The position numbers were made by a program, and so were the translations under genes. DNA of 64,000 nucleotides from the human T2T-CHM13v2.0 reference genome, Homo sapiens, in assembly GCF_009914755.1 (NCBI RefSeq), contig NC_060927.1; one strand, written 5' to 3'. The notes below the pieces were generated by a model. The model searched no databases and was not told the origin of the DNA. It saw only the letters and a list, made by a program, of their open reading frames with translations. Within the stretch, counting starts at the first letter, position 1, and every line of letters begins with the position of its first letter. This document shows positions 48,880-64,000 of this stretch, piece by piece.

Positions 48880-49275
48880 TGTCTGCCAGGTTTTCCACCC
48901 TCCTTCTTCACTTGGTTAACTAATCCTTTAAGACTTACTTCAGGCAGAACCTCCTCTAGGAAGCCTTCCCTTTGCTGCATTAAGTGTCTTTCTATGACTC
49001 CCATAATGTCCCTGTGAATGTGTTCACATAAATTATTGTCTAAATCAGGACAGATTTGAAATTGAAATTAACACTAATTTTAAAAATTAGGCTAGAATAA
49101 TAGGAATACATTGGATTGTCTTGGGCAACGGGATGCATGGTTCTTCTACTTTTCGATGCCCTACTATGGTAATTGCTTACTTGTCTGTCTTCCCAACTAG
49201 CTGGTGAGCCATTTGATAATGGAGATTATTTCTTATTCCAAGTGCTCAACAGAGTGCTGTCAAGTGTTTGTTTAA
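48880..49275 (+). mobile_element. L2 3' remnant
   Basis: 'acctcctctaggaagccttccct', 'cttgtctgtcttcccaactagctggtgagcc'. Confidence 0.6.
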
Positions 49276-50873
49276 TGTTAAACAAAGAAGCTCCCTCTAG
49301 CCCTTGAGGAGTGGCAGATTTACTTAGTCTCTCTACTCTAGAGAGTGAATACATCCTTCAGGTGCATTTGATCATTTCCTTTCCTTTGCTTAATCTGGAT
49401 GTTGGCATATATATCTATACACACACACGCATATGATCTTCCTTCCATGTTTCTCCAATGTGTATGAGGCTAATTACACGATTCTATTTAGCGAGATCTG
49501 AACCACCAACAAAAGAGAATCAGGCTGCTTCTACTAATGTTTAGATCCGGTAACTAACCCCTTCCTTTGGCTTTATTTGAAAATTCTTATTTCATATATA
49601 TCACACTATAAACCAACAGCCTAAACATAGTAATAGCTTAATTTATTTTGCTTTTTTTATGGCAGGGTTGTATATAAATGCATTTCAAAATATAATCTTC
49701 TAAACTCATAGATATTCATAATCATTTAGAAATGATAAAAAAGTTGTCAAATACTTGTAATTATATAAATTGTCACTCAAATTACAGGAAGCTTAGAAAA
49801 GCTTTATTGCTGTTTAGTTTTGTTTGAATGCTCCTGAGTGTGCTATTGAGAGCTTTGATAAATCAAGAGGGCTGAAAGATGGAAATGGTCATAGTGTTTA
49901 AGTTGTGTTACACTTAAATCCATTTAATTAACTATTTTCACAAACATGGTGTTCTTTTGTAAGAAACATTTTTAAAAATCATTCTGTTCTGTGTTTTCCT
50001 TCACAGAATAAAAAAAAATTATCCCTGCATGCTTTTGTATTTCTCATTCTTTGGTTTTCTTCCAATGCATGTATATAATTATATGTTCATGTTGTCATGG
50101 TGATTCAGGGCTAGAATTGTGACTGTTGTAATCACTTGCCTAAGCCTGGAACCCGCTGTCCAGCACAGCAAAATCAGCAATGTAATGGTAGACAGTCAAT
50201 GTATTCTTTTATATGAATTAATCTGTTGTTAAGATATTCCTGAAAATATTTTTTCAACTGCCAGAATTTACTTGATAAATATATAGTATCAATATGTATT
50301 ACAGAATTTAAAAATGTAGTTTCTCAGCTCTTTACATTTAATTTCAATATGGTCCTCATGATTTTTGAGTCACATTAAGTCAGATGGTACCTTTCTTGCC
50401 AGATGACCTGGGTTTTTTTTCCTCCTAAACATATAGTTTCTTCAAAAGGGGAATATATATATTTTAAATTTATAAAAATAATACATGGGCATTTTAAATA
50501 CCCAAAAAGTACATCAATTTATAAAATAAAAGTTTTCTCCACTTTAGTCCTTCCTCACTCTTAATACCACAAGATAAATAGCATTATGACTGCAAATATC
50601 CTTCTAACTTTTTTTTACTATAGACTAAATCACACTTTATAAATTGTTCACCACCTGATTTTTTTCACTCAGTGTATCACTGATGACTTTAATGTCAGTG
50701 CATATTGATCTACTTTATACTTTTAAACATCTGCATAGTTTTCTATTGCACAGATATAGTACAATATCTTTGATAAGTTCCCCAGTGCCTGACACTTATA
50801 TTTTAAACTATACCACAATACAGAAAAGTGCGTAAAATATATAGTTCAATGAATAATTAAAAAACAAGCACCA

Positions 50874-51243
<370 letters not shown>

Positions 51244-52124
51244 TTAACTCTATAAGCTCCCTGAGTTGATCATCACACCTCTTTTCTTATCTTAGAAGTA
51301 ACCACTATGCTGATTTTGGGGAAAATTATTTGTGAGTTTCATTAGAGTTTTCCAATTATGTATGTCTCTTATTCAGAATTGCCTGTTATTGAACTTTGTA
51401 TAAATACAATCATCATGTATTCCTTTTGTGTATGACTTCTTTTGCTCAGCATTATGTTTGTGAGATTCACCAATGTGGTTTTATGTAGCTTCATAATAGT
51501 TTGTCATATAAACATACCATAGTTTAAATTTGGGCTGTTTGTAGCTTGAGGCCACAATAAACAAAATTATTGTGAACATCTTTGTATATATGTCTTAGTG
51601 TGTATATGCAAACTTTTATTTAGGGTATATTCTCAACATGTAAACATTGGATAATGTCTTCAATCTCACTAGATAAAGCACACAAAGGCATACAAAAAAT
51701 TGAGAAGAGTTTTTTTTTTTTAAGAAAAATACTGACCATTTCATAAAAACAGTCAGACTTTGTGGCATTTTAGCCTGGTGCTCCTTTCATTCCCATCCCC
51801 CTCCCCAGCTCTATCAGCATGGTAGCTCTACTAGAGTAGGGCTAACTGTGAGAACCGGCCGCTTTTCTGCTGGAAGAGGCTAACTTGATTTTTGTGCAGT
51901 ATGAAAAAAAACCTATGGCACTAGGCATTGTCAGAAACAGTAGCAATCTAAGTGGGAAATGAACAGAGAAGGCCAACATCACCGATAACATGAGGCTGTG
52001 ATCCTAGTTTGGGCAAGGAACAGACTAGCAAACTAGCCAGAAACCTAGTAGAGTTATTCAGGGAATGAGACAGCCTTGGTTGTCACCTATAAGCTCCCCT
52101 ATATTCCTGGTGGGATGGAAATCT

Positions 52125-52503
52125 ATGGATAGAATATTCTGCAGCTAAAAAAAGGATTGAGATCATGTCCTTTGCAGGGACATGGATGGAGCTGGAAGCC
52201 ATTATCCTCAGCAAACTAACACAGGAACAGAAAACCAAACACTGAATGTTCTTATAAGTGGGAGCTGAACAATGGGAACACATGGATACAGGTAGATGAA
52301 CAACACACACTGAGGCATATTTGGGGGAGTGGGTAGGGGGAGGGAGGGCACCAAGATAGACAGCTAATGCATGGGGGGTTTAATACCCTGGTGATGGGTT
52401 AATAGGTGCAGCAAACCACCATGGCACATGTTTACCTATGTAACAAACCTGCACGTTCTCCACATGTATCCTGGAACTTAAAATAAAATAAAATAAAATT
52501 AAT
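52125..52503 (+). mobile_element. L1PA 3' end (older PA type)
   Basis: 'gatcatgtcctttgcagggacatggatggagctgg...ggaacttaaaataaaa'. Confidence 0.85.
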
Positions 52504-53816
52504 AATGGACATCTCAAAAACAATGGAGGCCAGAAGACAATGGGATGATATATTTATAAAAAGAGAGGAAATTCAGCCTCATCAAGACATCGTGTCCTAT
52601 CTAAGGGGTGAAAAAAACTGAGAAGCACTGGCAAAGTTCACAGTCTAGGGTCACATGCTCATCGAAAGACTGAGACCTAATCACAGGACTAAATAATGCT
52701 TCCCCTCTCCCACACCTTACCACATTACTAAAGGACTATTTGCCATGTTTCTTTTATGCAGTGTATCATGTCTGGCTATCAATAAAAATTTATAAAGTCA
52801 TACTAAAGGCAAAAATATTGTTTGAAGAGACTAAAAAAGCATCAGAACTAGAGTTAGATATGTCAGGAATGTTGAAATTATCAGACCAGGAATTTTAAAA
52901 AACAATGCTTCATGTTCCAAGGGCTTTAATGGGAAACAGTAGACAACATGCTAACACTGATGGATATTGTAAGCAGAGAGATAGAAATTTTAAGAAACAT
53001 AAAAAAGAAATGCTAGAAATAAAAAACACTGTAACAGAAACAAAGAATGTCTTCAGTGAGCTCATTAGTAGATTGGACATGGCTGACTGAGGGTCATGAG
53101 ATGACCCTTGCTATCCATATATCTCTGGTTGAATGTGATGTGTTATGAATGCACAGAAGATAATTGATATTGCTTAGCGGAAAATACAAACTGTGAAAAA
53201 CTTGTAAATTGGAGAATGGATAAGTACAGGTAAAATTTTAAAAATTACTTTTCTTATTTTTAATTGATTTAACATAACAATTTGTTCAAAATAATAACAG
53301 CAACAATATAATTGAATATATATGTGTCTGTATATATATGTATATATCTACACATATATACACATATGTGTGTGTATGTATATGTATATATGTATGTATA
53401 AGTAAAATAAATGACAGTATGTATAAGTAAAATAAATGACAGCAATGATACAGGGGATAGGAGAGTGGAATTAGAATTATTTCATTATTGTAAGGTACTT
53501 GTAATACCCATTAAGTGGGATAATGTTATTTAAAAGTAGACTTGGATTAGTTGTAAATGTATATTAAAAATTGCAGGGCAACCACTTAGAGAATACAGGA
53601 ATATAATTGGTAGGCCAAGAAAGGAGAAAAAATAGAATCTAAAAGATATTTAAATATGCAAAAAGCAGAAAAAATATGGAAGACAAAAATAGGAACAAAG
53701 AACAAAGACAAAGAATAGAAAATAATAACAAATCTGGTATATAGTAATCCAATTACTATCAATGAACTTCTTAAACATCAATGGCATAAATATGTTAGTT
53801 AAACAACAGATTGTCA

Positions 53817-54133
<317 letters not shown>

Positions 54134-55858
54134 AGTAGCTGTATTATTTTCAGACAAAATAGACTTCAAAGCAACAGAGCAAGGAAAGTTATTGGGGATA
54201 AAGGGAGGTATTACACAATGATAAAGCAGTCAATATTTCAAGAAGACAATTCTTAATGGGCATGTGCAAAAATTGGTAGAAGTGCAAGGAGAAATAGATG
54301 AATCTGCTGTTAAAGTTAGAGACTTCAACAGCCCTCTATAAGAAATGTACAGATCTAGCAGGTAGCAAATCAGTAAAGACATAGTCGAACCCAACAACAT
54401 CATTAAGCAGCTGGACATAATGGACATCTACAGACAACTTCATCCCAGAACAGCATAATACACATTTTTCTCAAGCTTACAAGGAACCAAGATAGACCAC
54501 ATCCTAGGCCACAAAACATACCTTAATACATTTAACAAATAGAAACCATACAATGTCTATTTTTCAGGCCACAATGGATTTAACTAGAAAACAATAACAG
54601 AAAGATAGTCCCCCAAATCCCCATATACTTACAGGTTAAACAACACACTTCTAAATACCACATGGTTAAAAGAAGAAATTTCAAGAGAAATTTAAAAATA
54701 TTTTGAAGTCAATAAAAATGGAAACACAACTGATCAAAATTTGTGGAATACAGTGAAAGTAGTGCTTAGAGGGAAACTTATAGTATTGAATGTGTATACC
54801 AGCAAATAAGAAAGATATAAAATAAATAACCTAGGATTCCACCTTAGGAAACTAGAAAAAGAAGAGAAAATTAAATCCAAAGTAAGCAGAAAAAATAAAT
54901 GATAAAAATTAGAGCATAAATACATAAAATTGAAAACAGAAAATCAGTAGAGAAAATCAGCAAAACAAAAAGCTGGTTCCTTGAAGACCAATAAAATTGA
55001 TGTCTCTAGGCAGGTTAACTAAGAAAAAAAGAGAAAACACAATTTGAGAATATCAGAAATGAAAGACAAGACATCACTACAGAGTCCATAGATATTAAGA
55101 GCATAAAAAAGGAATATTAACAACTCCATACCCACAAATTTGGTAGCCTAGATGAAATGGACCAGTTTCTTGAAAGACACAATCTGCCAAAACTCACTCA
55201 AGAAGTAATAGACAATTTGAATAGGCCTATATCTATTAAATTCATTAAATCAGTAATTAATAACTTTCCAAAACAGAAAGCACCAGGTCCAAATGAGTTC
55301 ACTGGTGAATTCTACCTAACGTTTAAGGAAAAAATTGTTCCAATTCTCTATAATCTCTTCCAGAAGGTAGAAGCAGAGGTAACTGTAACCAAGTGGGATA
55401 TATTCCTGGTATGGAAGGATGTTTCAACATATGAAAATAAATTAAGGTAATTAATTACATCAACAGGCTAAAGAGAAAATCACATGATTATATCAATAGA
55501 TGCAGAAAAGGCATTTTATGAATTCCAACACCCGTTCATGATAACACTCTGCAAACTAGTAATAGGAACTTCCTCCACTTGATAAAGAACATCTACAAAA
55601 AGCCTACAAGCTAACATCATACCTAATGGTGAGAAACTTGAAGTTTTTCCACTAAGGTCAGGAAAAAGTCAAGGATGTCCCCTTTCACCACTGCTTTTCA
55701 ACATTGTACTGGAAGGCCTAACTAATGCAATAAAAGGCTATGAAAGCTATGCAGACTGGGAAGGAAGAAATACAACTTTCTTTGTTCACAGGTGGTATGA
55801 TCATCTATTTAGAAAATCCAAAAAAAAAAAAGGACAAAATCACTTCTGGAACTGATAA

Positions 55859-56928
<1,070 letters not shown>

Positions 56929-57949
56929 TACCGGCAATGAAAAAGTGGAATTTGAAATTAATAATATATTAACATTTACACTAGTAGCCCTTAAAATGAA
57001 TACTTGGAGAAATAAATCTAACAAAATAAGTACAAGATCTATATGAGGAAAGGTACAAAAGTCTGATGGAAGACATTAAGAATAACTCAAAAAAAAAAAA
57101 AGGAGAAATATTCCATGTACATGGATAGGAAGACTCAATATTGTCAAGATGTTAGTTCTTCCCAAATTGATTTATAGGTTCAATGCAATCTCAGTCAATA
57201 TCCCAGTAAATTATTTTGTGGATATGGATAAACTGATTTTAAAGTTTATATGAAAACGCAAAAGCCCCGTAATAGCCAAGTCAATGTTGAAAGAGAAGAA
57301 CAAAGTCACAGGACTGACACTACCTGACTTCAAGACTTACTATAAAGTTACAGTAACCACGACCATATGGTATTGGTGAAAAGACAGACAAACGGATCAA
57401 TGGAACAGAATATACAGCCCAGAAATAGACCACATAAATATAGTCAACTGACCTTTGACAAAGAAGCAAAAGTAATAGAATGGAAAAAAGTTAGTTTCTT
57501 CAACAAATGATGCTGGAACAACCGGACATTCATCTAAAAAATAAATTTAGACACCCTTGACAAAAATGAACTCGAAATGGATCATAGACCTAAATGTAAA
57601 ACATGAAACTATGTAACTCCTAGAAGATAACGTAGAAGAAAACCAATATGATCTTGAGTATGGTAATGATATTTTAGATATAAAACCAAGGGCATGATCC
57701 ATAAAAGAAACAACTGGTAAGCTGGGCTTTATAAAATTCAAAATTTCTGCTCTGTGAAAGACACCATCAAGAGAATGAGAAGATAAGCCACAAATTGGGA
57801 GAAAATATTTGCAAAAAACACATTGATAAAGGACTGCTATCTGAAATATACAAAATACCTTCAAATTCAACAATAAGAAAATGAACAATCTGATTAAAAA
57901 TCAGCAAAAGAACTCAACAGACACCTCACCAAAGAATATTTACAGATTG

Positions 57950-58237
57950 TTTTTAAAAATATTTATTTATTTATTTATTCAGTACCGTTAGGAGTGCAAG
58001 AGATTTTGGGTTATATGCATGAATGGTATAGTGGTGAAGTCTGGGCTTTCAGTGTACCTGTCAACTGAATAGTGTATATTGTACCTAATAGATAATTTTT
58101 CATCCCTTACCCCACTCCCACTCTCCCCCTTCTGAGTCTCCAGTGTCCATTATGCCACTCTATATGTTACTGTGTACCCACAGCTTAGCTCCCACTTATA
58201 AGTGAGAATATGTGGTATTTGGTTTTCTATTCCTGCA
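57950..58237 (-). mobile_element. L1PB 3' end
   Basis: 'atagtggtgaagtctgggctttcagtgtacc...ttagctcccacttataagtgagaa'. Confidence 0.8.
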
Positions 58238-59091
58238 CTTAAACATAGGAAAAGATGTTCAACATTATATACCATTAGAGAAATGCAAATTACAGCAAGA
58301 TACCACTACAGACAGCTTAGAGTGGCCAAAATCAAATACTGGTGAGGATGTGAAGCAATAAAAACTTTCATTCATTGATGATGGGAATACAAAATGGTAC
58401 AGCTATTTTGGAAGACAGATTTGCAGTATTTTACAAAAGTAAACATATTCTTACCATATGATCCCAGCAATTGTGCTCTTTAGTCTTTACCCAGATTAGT
58501 TGAAAACTTATATCCAAACACAAACTTGCACAAATATCGCTATAGAATCTTTATTTAATTGTCAAAACTTGGAAGCAGCTAATATGTCCTTTAGTAGGTG
58601 AATGGATAAATAAACTGTGGTATATCCATACTACAGAATATTATTCAGCACTAAAAAGAAATGAACTACCAGGCCATGAAAGGACAAGAGGAACCTTAAG
58701 TACATATTACTATGTGAAAAGAACCAATCTGAGAATGATACATATTGTGTAATTCCAACTATATGACATACTGAAAAAGGCAAAACTATGGAGAAAGTAA
58801 AAAGCTTAGTGATTGCCGGGGATAGAGGGGAGGGAGGAATAAATAGGTGGAGCACAAAGGATTTAGGGCAGTGAAACCCTTCTGTATGATACTATAATGG
58901 TGGATCATTTCATTATACATTGTCAAAACCATATGCTATACAATGCCAAGTGAAACTCTCATGTAAACTATGGACAGAGTGATATTGATGTGTCAGTGTA
59001 GGTTCATTGACTGTAACAAATGTACCACTTTAGCGTGGAAGGTTGATAGTGGGGGTTTATATTAGGGTTTCTCTTTGTGTTGTATATAACA

Positions 59092-59206
59092 TGGGTTTTG
59101 ACAAATGTATAATGACATGATCCACCAATATTGGGTTTTGACAAATGTATAATGACATGATCCACCAATATTGGGTTTTGACAAATGTATAATGACATGA
59201 TCCACC
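59092..59206. repeat. 40-bp tandem repeat, ~2.9 copies, inside an inverted copy of 58880-58965
   Basis: Unit gggttttgacaaatgtataatgacatgatccaccaatatt at 59093, 59133 and 59173. Confidence 0.93.
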
Positions 59207-59225
59207 CTTATAGTATCATACAGAA

Positions 59226-60958
59226 TCAAAACCACAATGTGATACCACCTTACTCCTGCAAATATGACCATAATCAAAACATTAAAAAAAATAGATGTTG
59301 ATGTGGATGTGGTGAAAAGGGTACACTTCTACACTGCTGGTGGGAATGTAAATACAACCACTATGGAAAACAGTGTGGAGATTTCCTTAAAGAACTGAAA
59401 GTAGATCTACCATTTGATCCAGCAATCCCACTACTGGGTATCTATCCAGAGGAAAAGACATCATTATACAAAAAAGACACTTACACACGCATGTTTATAG
59501 CAGAACAACTTGCAATTGCAAAAATATGGAACAAGCCCAAATGCCCATCAATCAGCAAGTGGATAAAGAAAATGTGGTATGTATATATATATATATATAT
59601 TCATGTATAGTATGGATATATAGTATATATATAGTATATATACAGTATATATACTATGGATAGTATATAGACGGTATATAGACATACTATGGATAGTATA
59701 TAGACGGTATATAGACATACTATGGATAGTATATAGACGGTATATAGACATACTATGGATAGTATATAGACGGTATATAGACATACTATGGATAGTATAT
59801 AGACGGTATATAGACATACTATGGATAGTATATATACGGTATATAGACATACTATGGATAGTATATATACGGTATATAGACATACTATGGATAGTATATA
59901 TATACGGTATATAGACATACTATGGATAGTATATATATACGGTATATAGACATACTATGGATAGTATATATATACGGTATATATACTATGGATAGTATAT
60001 ATATATACAGTATATATATACTATCCATAGTATATATATACAGTATATATACTATACTGTATATATACAGTATATATACTATACTGTATATATACAGTAT
60101 ATATACTATACTGTATATATACTATCCATAGTATATATATATACTGTATATATACTATCCATAGTATATATATACTGTATATATACTATCCATAGTATAT
60201 ATATACTGTATATATGCTATCCATAGTATATATATACTGTATATATGCTATCCATAGTATATATATACTGTATATATGCTATCCATAGTATATATATACT
60301 GTATATATGCTATCCATAGTATATATATACTGTATATATGCTATCCATAGTATATATATACTGTATATATGCTATCCATAGTATATATATACTGTATATA
60401 TGCTATCCATAGTATATATATACTGTATATATGCTATCCATAGTATATATACTGTATATATGCTATCCATAGTATATATACTGTATATACTATGTATATA
60501 TAGTATATATACATAGTATATAATAGTGTGTATATATATAGTATATATACACTATATATATACTATAGTATATAATAGTTTTTTATATATATATATAATA
60601 TTCAGCCATAAAAAGGAATGAAATAATGGCATTTGCAGCAACCTGGATGGATTTGGAGACCATTATTCTAAGTGAAGTAACTCAGGGATGAAAAACCAAA
60701 CATTGTTTGGTCTCACTTATAAGTGGGAGCTAAGCTATGAGAACACAAAGGTATAAGAATGATATAATGGACTTTGAGAACTCGGAGGGACAAGTGGGAG
60801 GGGTGAGGAATAAAAGACTGCACATTGGGTACAGTGTACACTGCTTGGGTGATGGGTGCACCAGAAACTCAGAAATGACCACTAAAGAGCTTATCCATGT
60901 AACCAAACACCACCTGTTCCCCCAAAATCTACTGAAATAAACAAATAAACAAACAAAT
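59226..60958 (+). mobile_element. L1PB 3' portion, interrupted by AT-rich minisatellites
   Basis: 'gtagatctaccatttgatccagcaatcccactactggg', 'gggtacagtgtacactgcttgggtgatgggtgcacc', A-rich tail. Confidence 0.88.
59578..60600. repeat. AT-rich compound minisatellite in inverted arrangement (33-35-bp units, then 29-31-bp units)
   Basis: Left unit tactatggatagtatatagacggtatatagaca (~11 copies); right unit ctatccatagtatatatatactgtatatatg (~12 copies), an approximate reverse complement. Confidence 0.95.
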
Positions 60959-61051
60959 TCAAAAACCCAGGGAAACACACCCCCCTAGAGCTGCAAAAAA
61001 ACCCAACCAAACAAACCCACAATGAGATATCACATACTATTAACATGCTAA

Positions 61052-62272
<1,221 letters not shown>

Positions 62273-62279
62273 AATATAA

Positions 62280-62970
62280 ATACATGAAAAATAACAACAA
62301 TACCAAGTGCTGGCAAGGATACAGAGCAACTAGAACCCTCACACATTGATGGTGGAGAAGAAAATGGTACAGCCACTCTGGAAAACAGTGTGGCATTTTC
62401 TCATAAAGTTAATCATATGCTTACCATATGACCCAGCAATCCCACTCAAAGTGTCTACCCAACAGAAGTGAACACTTATGTTCATACGAAAACCTATACA
62501 TAAATGTTTCTAATAGCTTTATTGATAATTGCCAAAAACTGAAAACAACCCAAATGTTCTTCAAGTAGTGAATGGATGAACAAACCATCATACCTTCACA
62601 CCATAGAATGCTACTCAGCCAATAAAAAGGAACTATTGATATATGCAATAACATGGATGAATGGCAAATGTATTATAATACATGAAAGGAGCCAGACTCA
62701 AAAGGCTACATAATTCCACTTACATGACACTCTTCTGGAAAAGACAAAACAATAGAGACAGAAAACAGACCAGTGGTTGTCATGGGTTAAGGTAGGGTGA
62801 GTTAATGAAAGGAGCAAACAAGAGAATTGGGGTAGAGAGCAGGAATGGAACTGCTCTGTGTCTTGATTGTGGTGGTTATACAACTGTATGCATTGTCAAA
62901 ATTCATGGAACTGTTCACCAAAAACTATGTTGCATTTACTTGTATATGAATTTTAAAAGAAATTTTTAAA
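62280..62970 (+). mobile_element. Old L1MD/ME 3' portion
   Basis: 'aataccaagtgctggcaaggatacagagcaactagaac...ttaccatatgacccagcaatccc'. Confidence 0.7.
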
Positions 62971-63189
62971 AGTTTTTTAAAAAGGAAAGAAGAGAAAAGC
63001 TTCATTTTAAACTTGATTAGCTGGTCAGAAATTATTAACTGGTCTTCATTTTTTAAAATTGCCTATTTTCTATTTCCTCTGCTAAAATTAAGCTCCATAA
63101 GAACAGAAGCTTTGTATGGTTTGTCTGCTGATGTATCTCCAGCATCTAAAACAGTGGTGACAAGCACAGCAATGAACTCACTGAATGTT

Positions 63190-63395
63190 TACTTAGTGCA
63201 TTTCATATATTTTATCTTATTAGATGCTTAAAACAACTCATTGAAGTAGATACTGTCAGTATCCCCATTTTACAGATTAGGAGACTGAGACCCAGCAAGG
63301 TTGGGTAACTTGTCCCAAACCATACATTATTAAGAGGTGGAGCCATGATTTGAGCCCAGTCAATTTGATTGGACCCATACCTTTCACTACTAGTG
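63190..63395 (-). mobile_element. MIR
   Basis: 'atccccattttacagattaggagactgag...ggtaacttgtcccaa'. Confidence 0.8.
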
Positions 63396-64000
63396 TAGAC
63401 ACTTGGCTAAAGGGCACAGGAGCAAGAAAAAACATACCTGGATAAAACGAAGAGAACAAAGAGAATCTGGAACTTCTGGCTAGATGCAGAAATCTGACAT
63501 AGCTTTGGGTTGTTTCCCTCAGGCAAGGAGAGCTTTTTCTCTGTTTTTATGTATTGTGTGCATGTGGGTTAGTTGTATTAAGTATGTGAGAACTGGCAGA
63601 GAGTGCAATGGACTTCTACGGTTTTTATCTGCCCAGTAAATCCTCTTCCCTTCTTTTGGCAATAGACATGTCCACTTCCTTGCTTTGAGCATTGTTTTCC
63701 CCTGTAAGGTCATGCTGTTTCTCCTGCTTATGTGGGCCTGTCCATTAGAACATTTCCCTGGGATTCTTATATACTAGAGTAGGAAAGAGAAGCCCATCCT
63801 TTCTTCTTCTGCATAAGTGTATTTGGATTGGCACTTTAACTTAGAATTCTGTGAAGCAGTAGGGAATTATTCAAGATTGACTGAGCCCATATTATGGAAT
63901 GAAATTAGACACAGTTCACAATAGAATTAAGTTAAGCAAAACTCGTATGCATTAAACTACAATAATTATGCTGGCTTTAATTTCCAATTATCTCCTAATT

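Noticed and set aside
59548-59918. Repetitive ORFs (MSIYRLYTIHS)n
   Set aside because: Translation of a 33-bp minisatellite.

Overview
This window is primate genomic DNA, most likely hominoid given L1PA2/L1PA3-type and AluY elements. It is AT-rich, has no CpG island and looks intronic or intergenic. Most of it is transposable-element derived: about 17 Alus, L1s of several ages, L2/MIR, MaLR LTRs and MER DNA transposons. I recognise no protein-coding exon or RNA gene, and almost all listed ORFs are repeat artefacts. The only gene-derived sequence is a 5'-truncated MATR3 (matrin-3) processed pseudogene at 55934-56600, nested in a MER2 that is itself nested in an old L1. Other notable structure: (1) an apparent ancient L1 3' transduction of about 510 bp (31957-32470) defined by a 22-bp TSD; (2) a twin-primed 5'-inverted young L1; (3) an internal L1 ORF2 fragment replacing host sequence; (4) a recurring set of fold-back or templated-insertion scars, one of which seems to have seeded a 33-bp VNTR; (5) a roughly 1 kb AT-rich inverted minisatellite pair; (6) a CTCF-like motif. 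I cannot support a wholly new biological system from sequence alone; the strongest leads are these retrotransposition and repair fossils. Subfamily calls and consensus comparisons are from memory, and boundaries of old elements are approximate.
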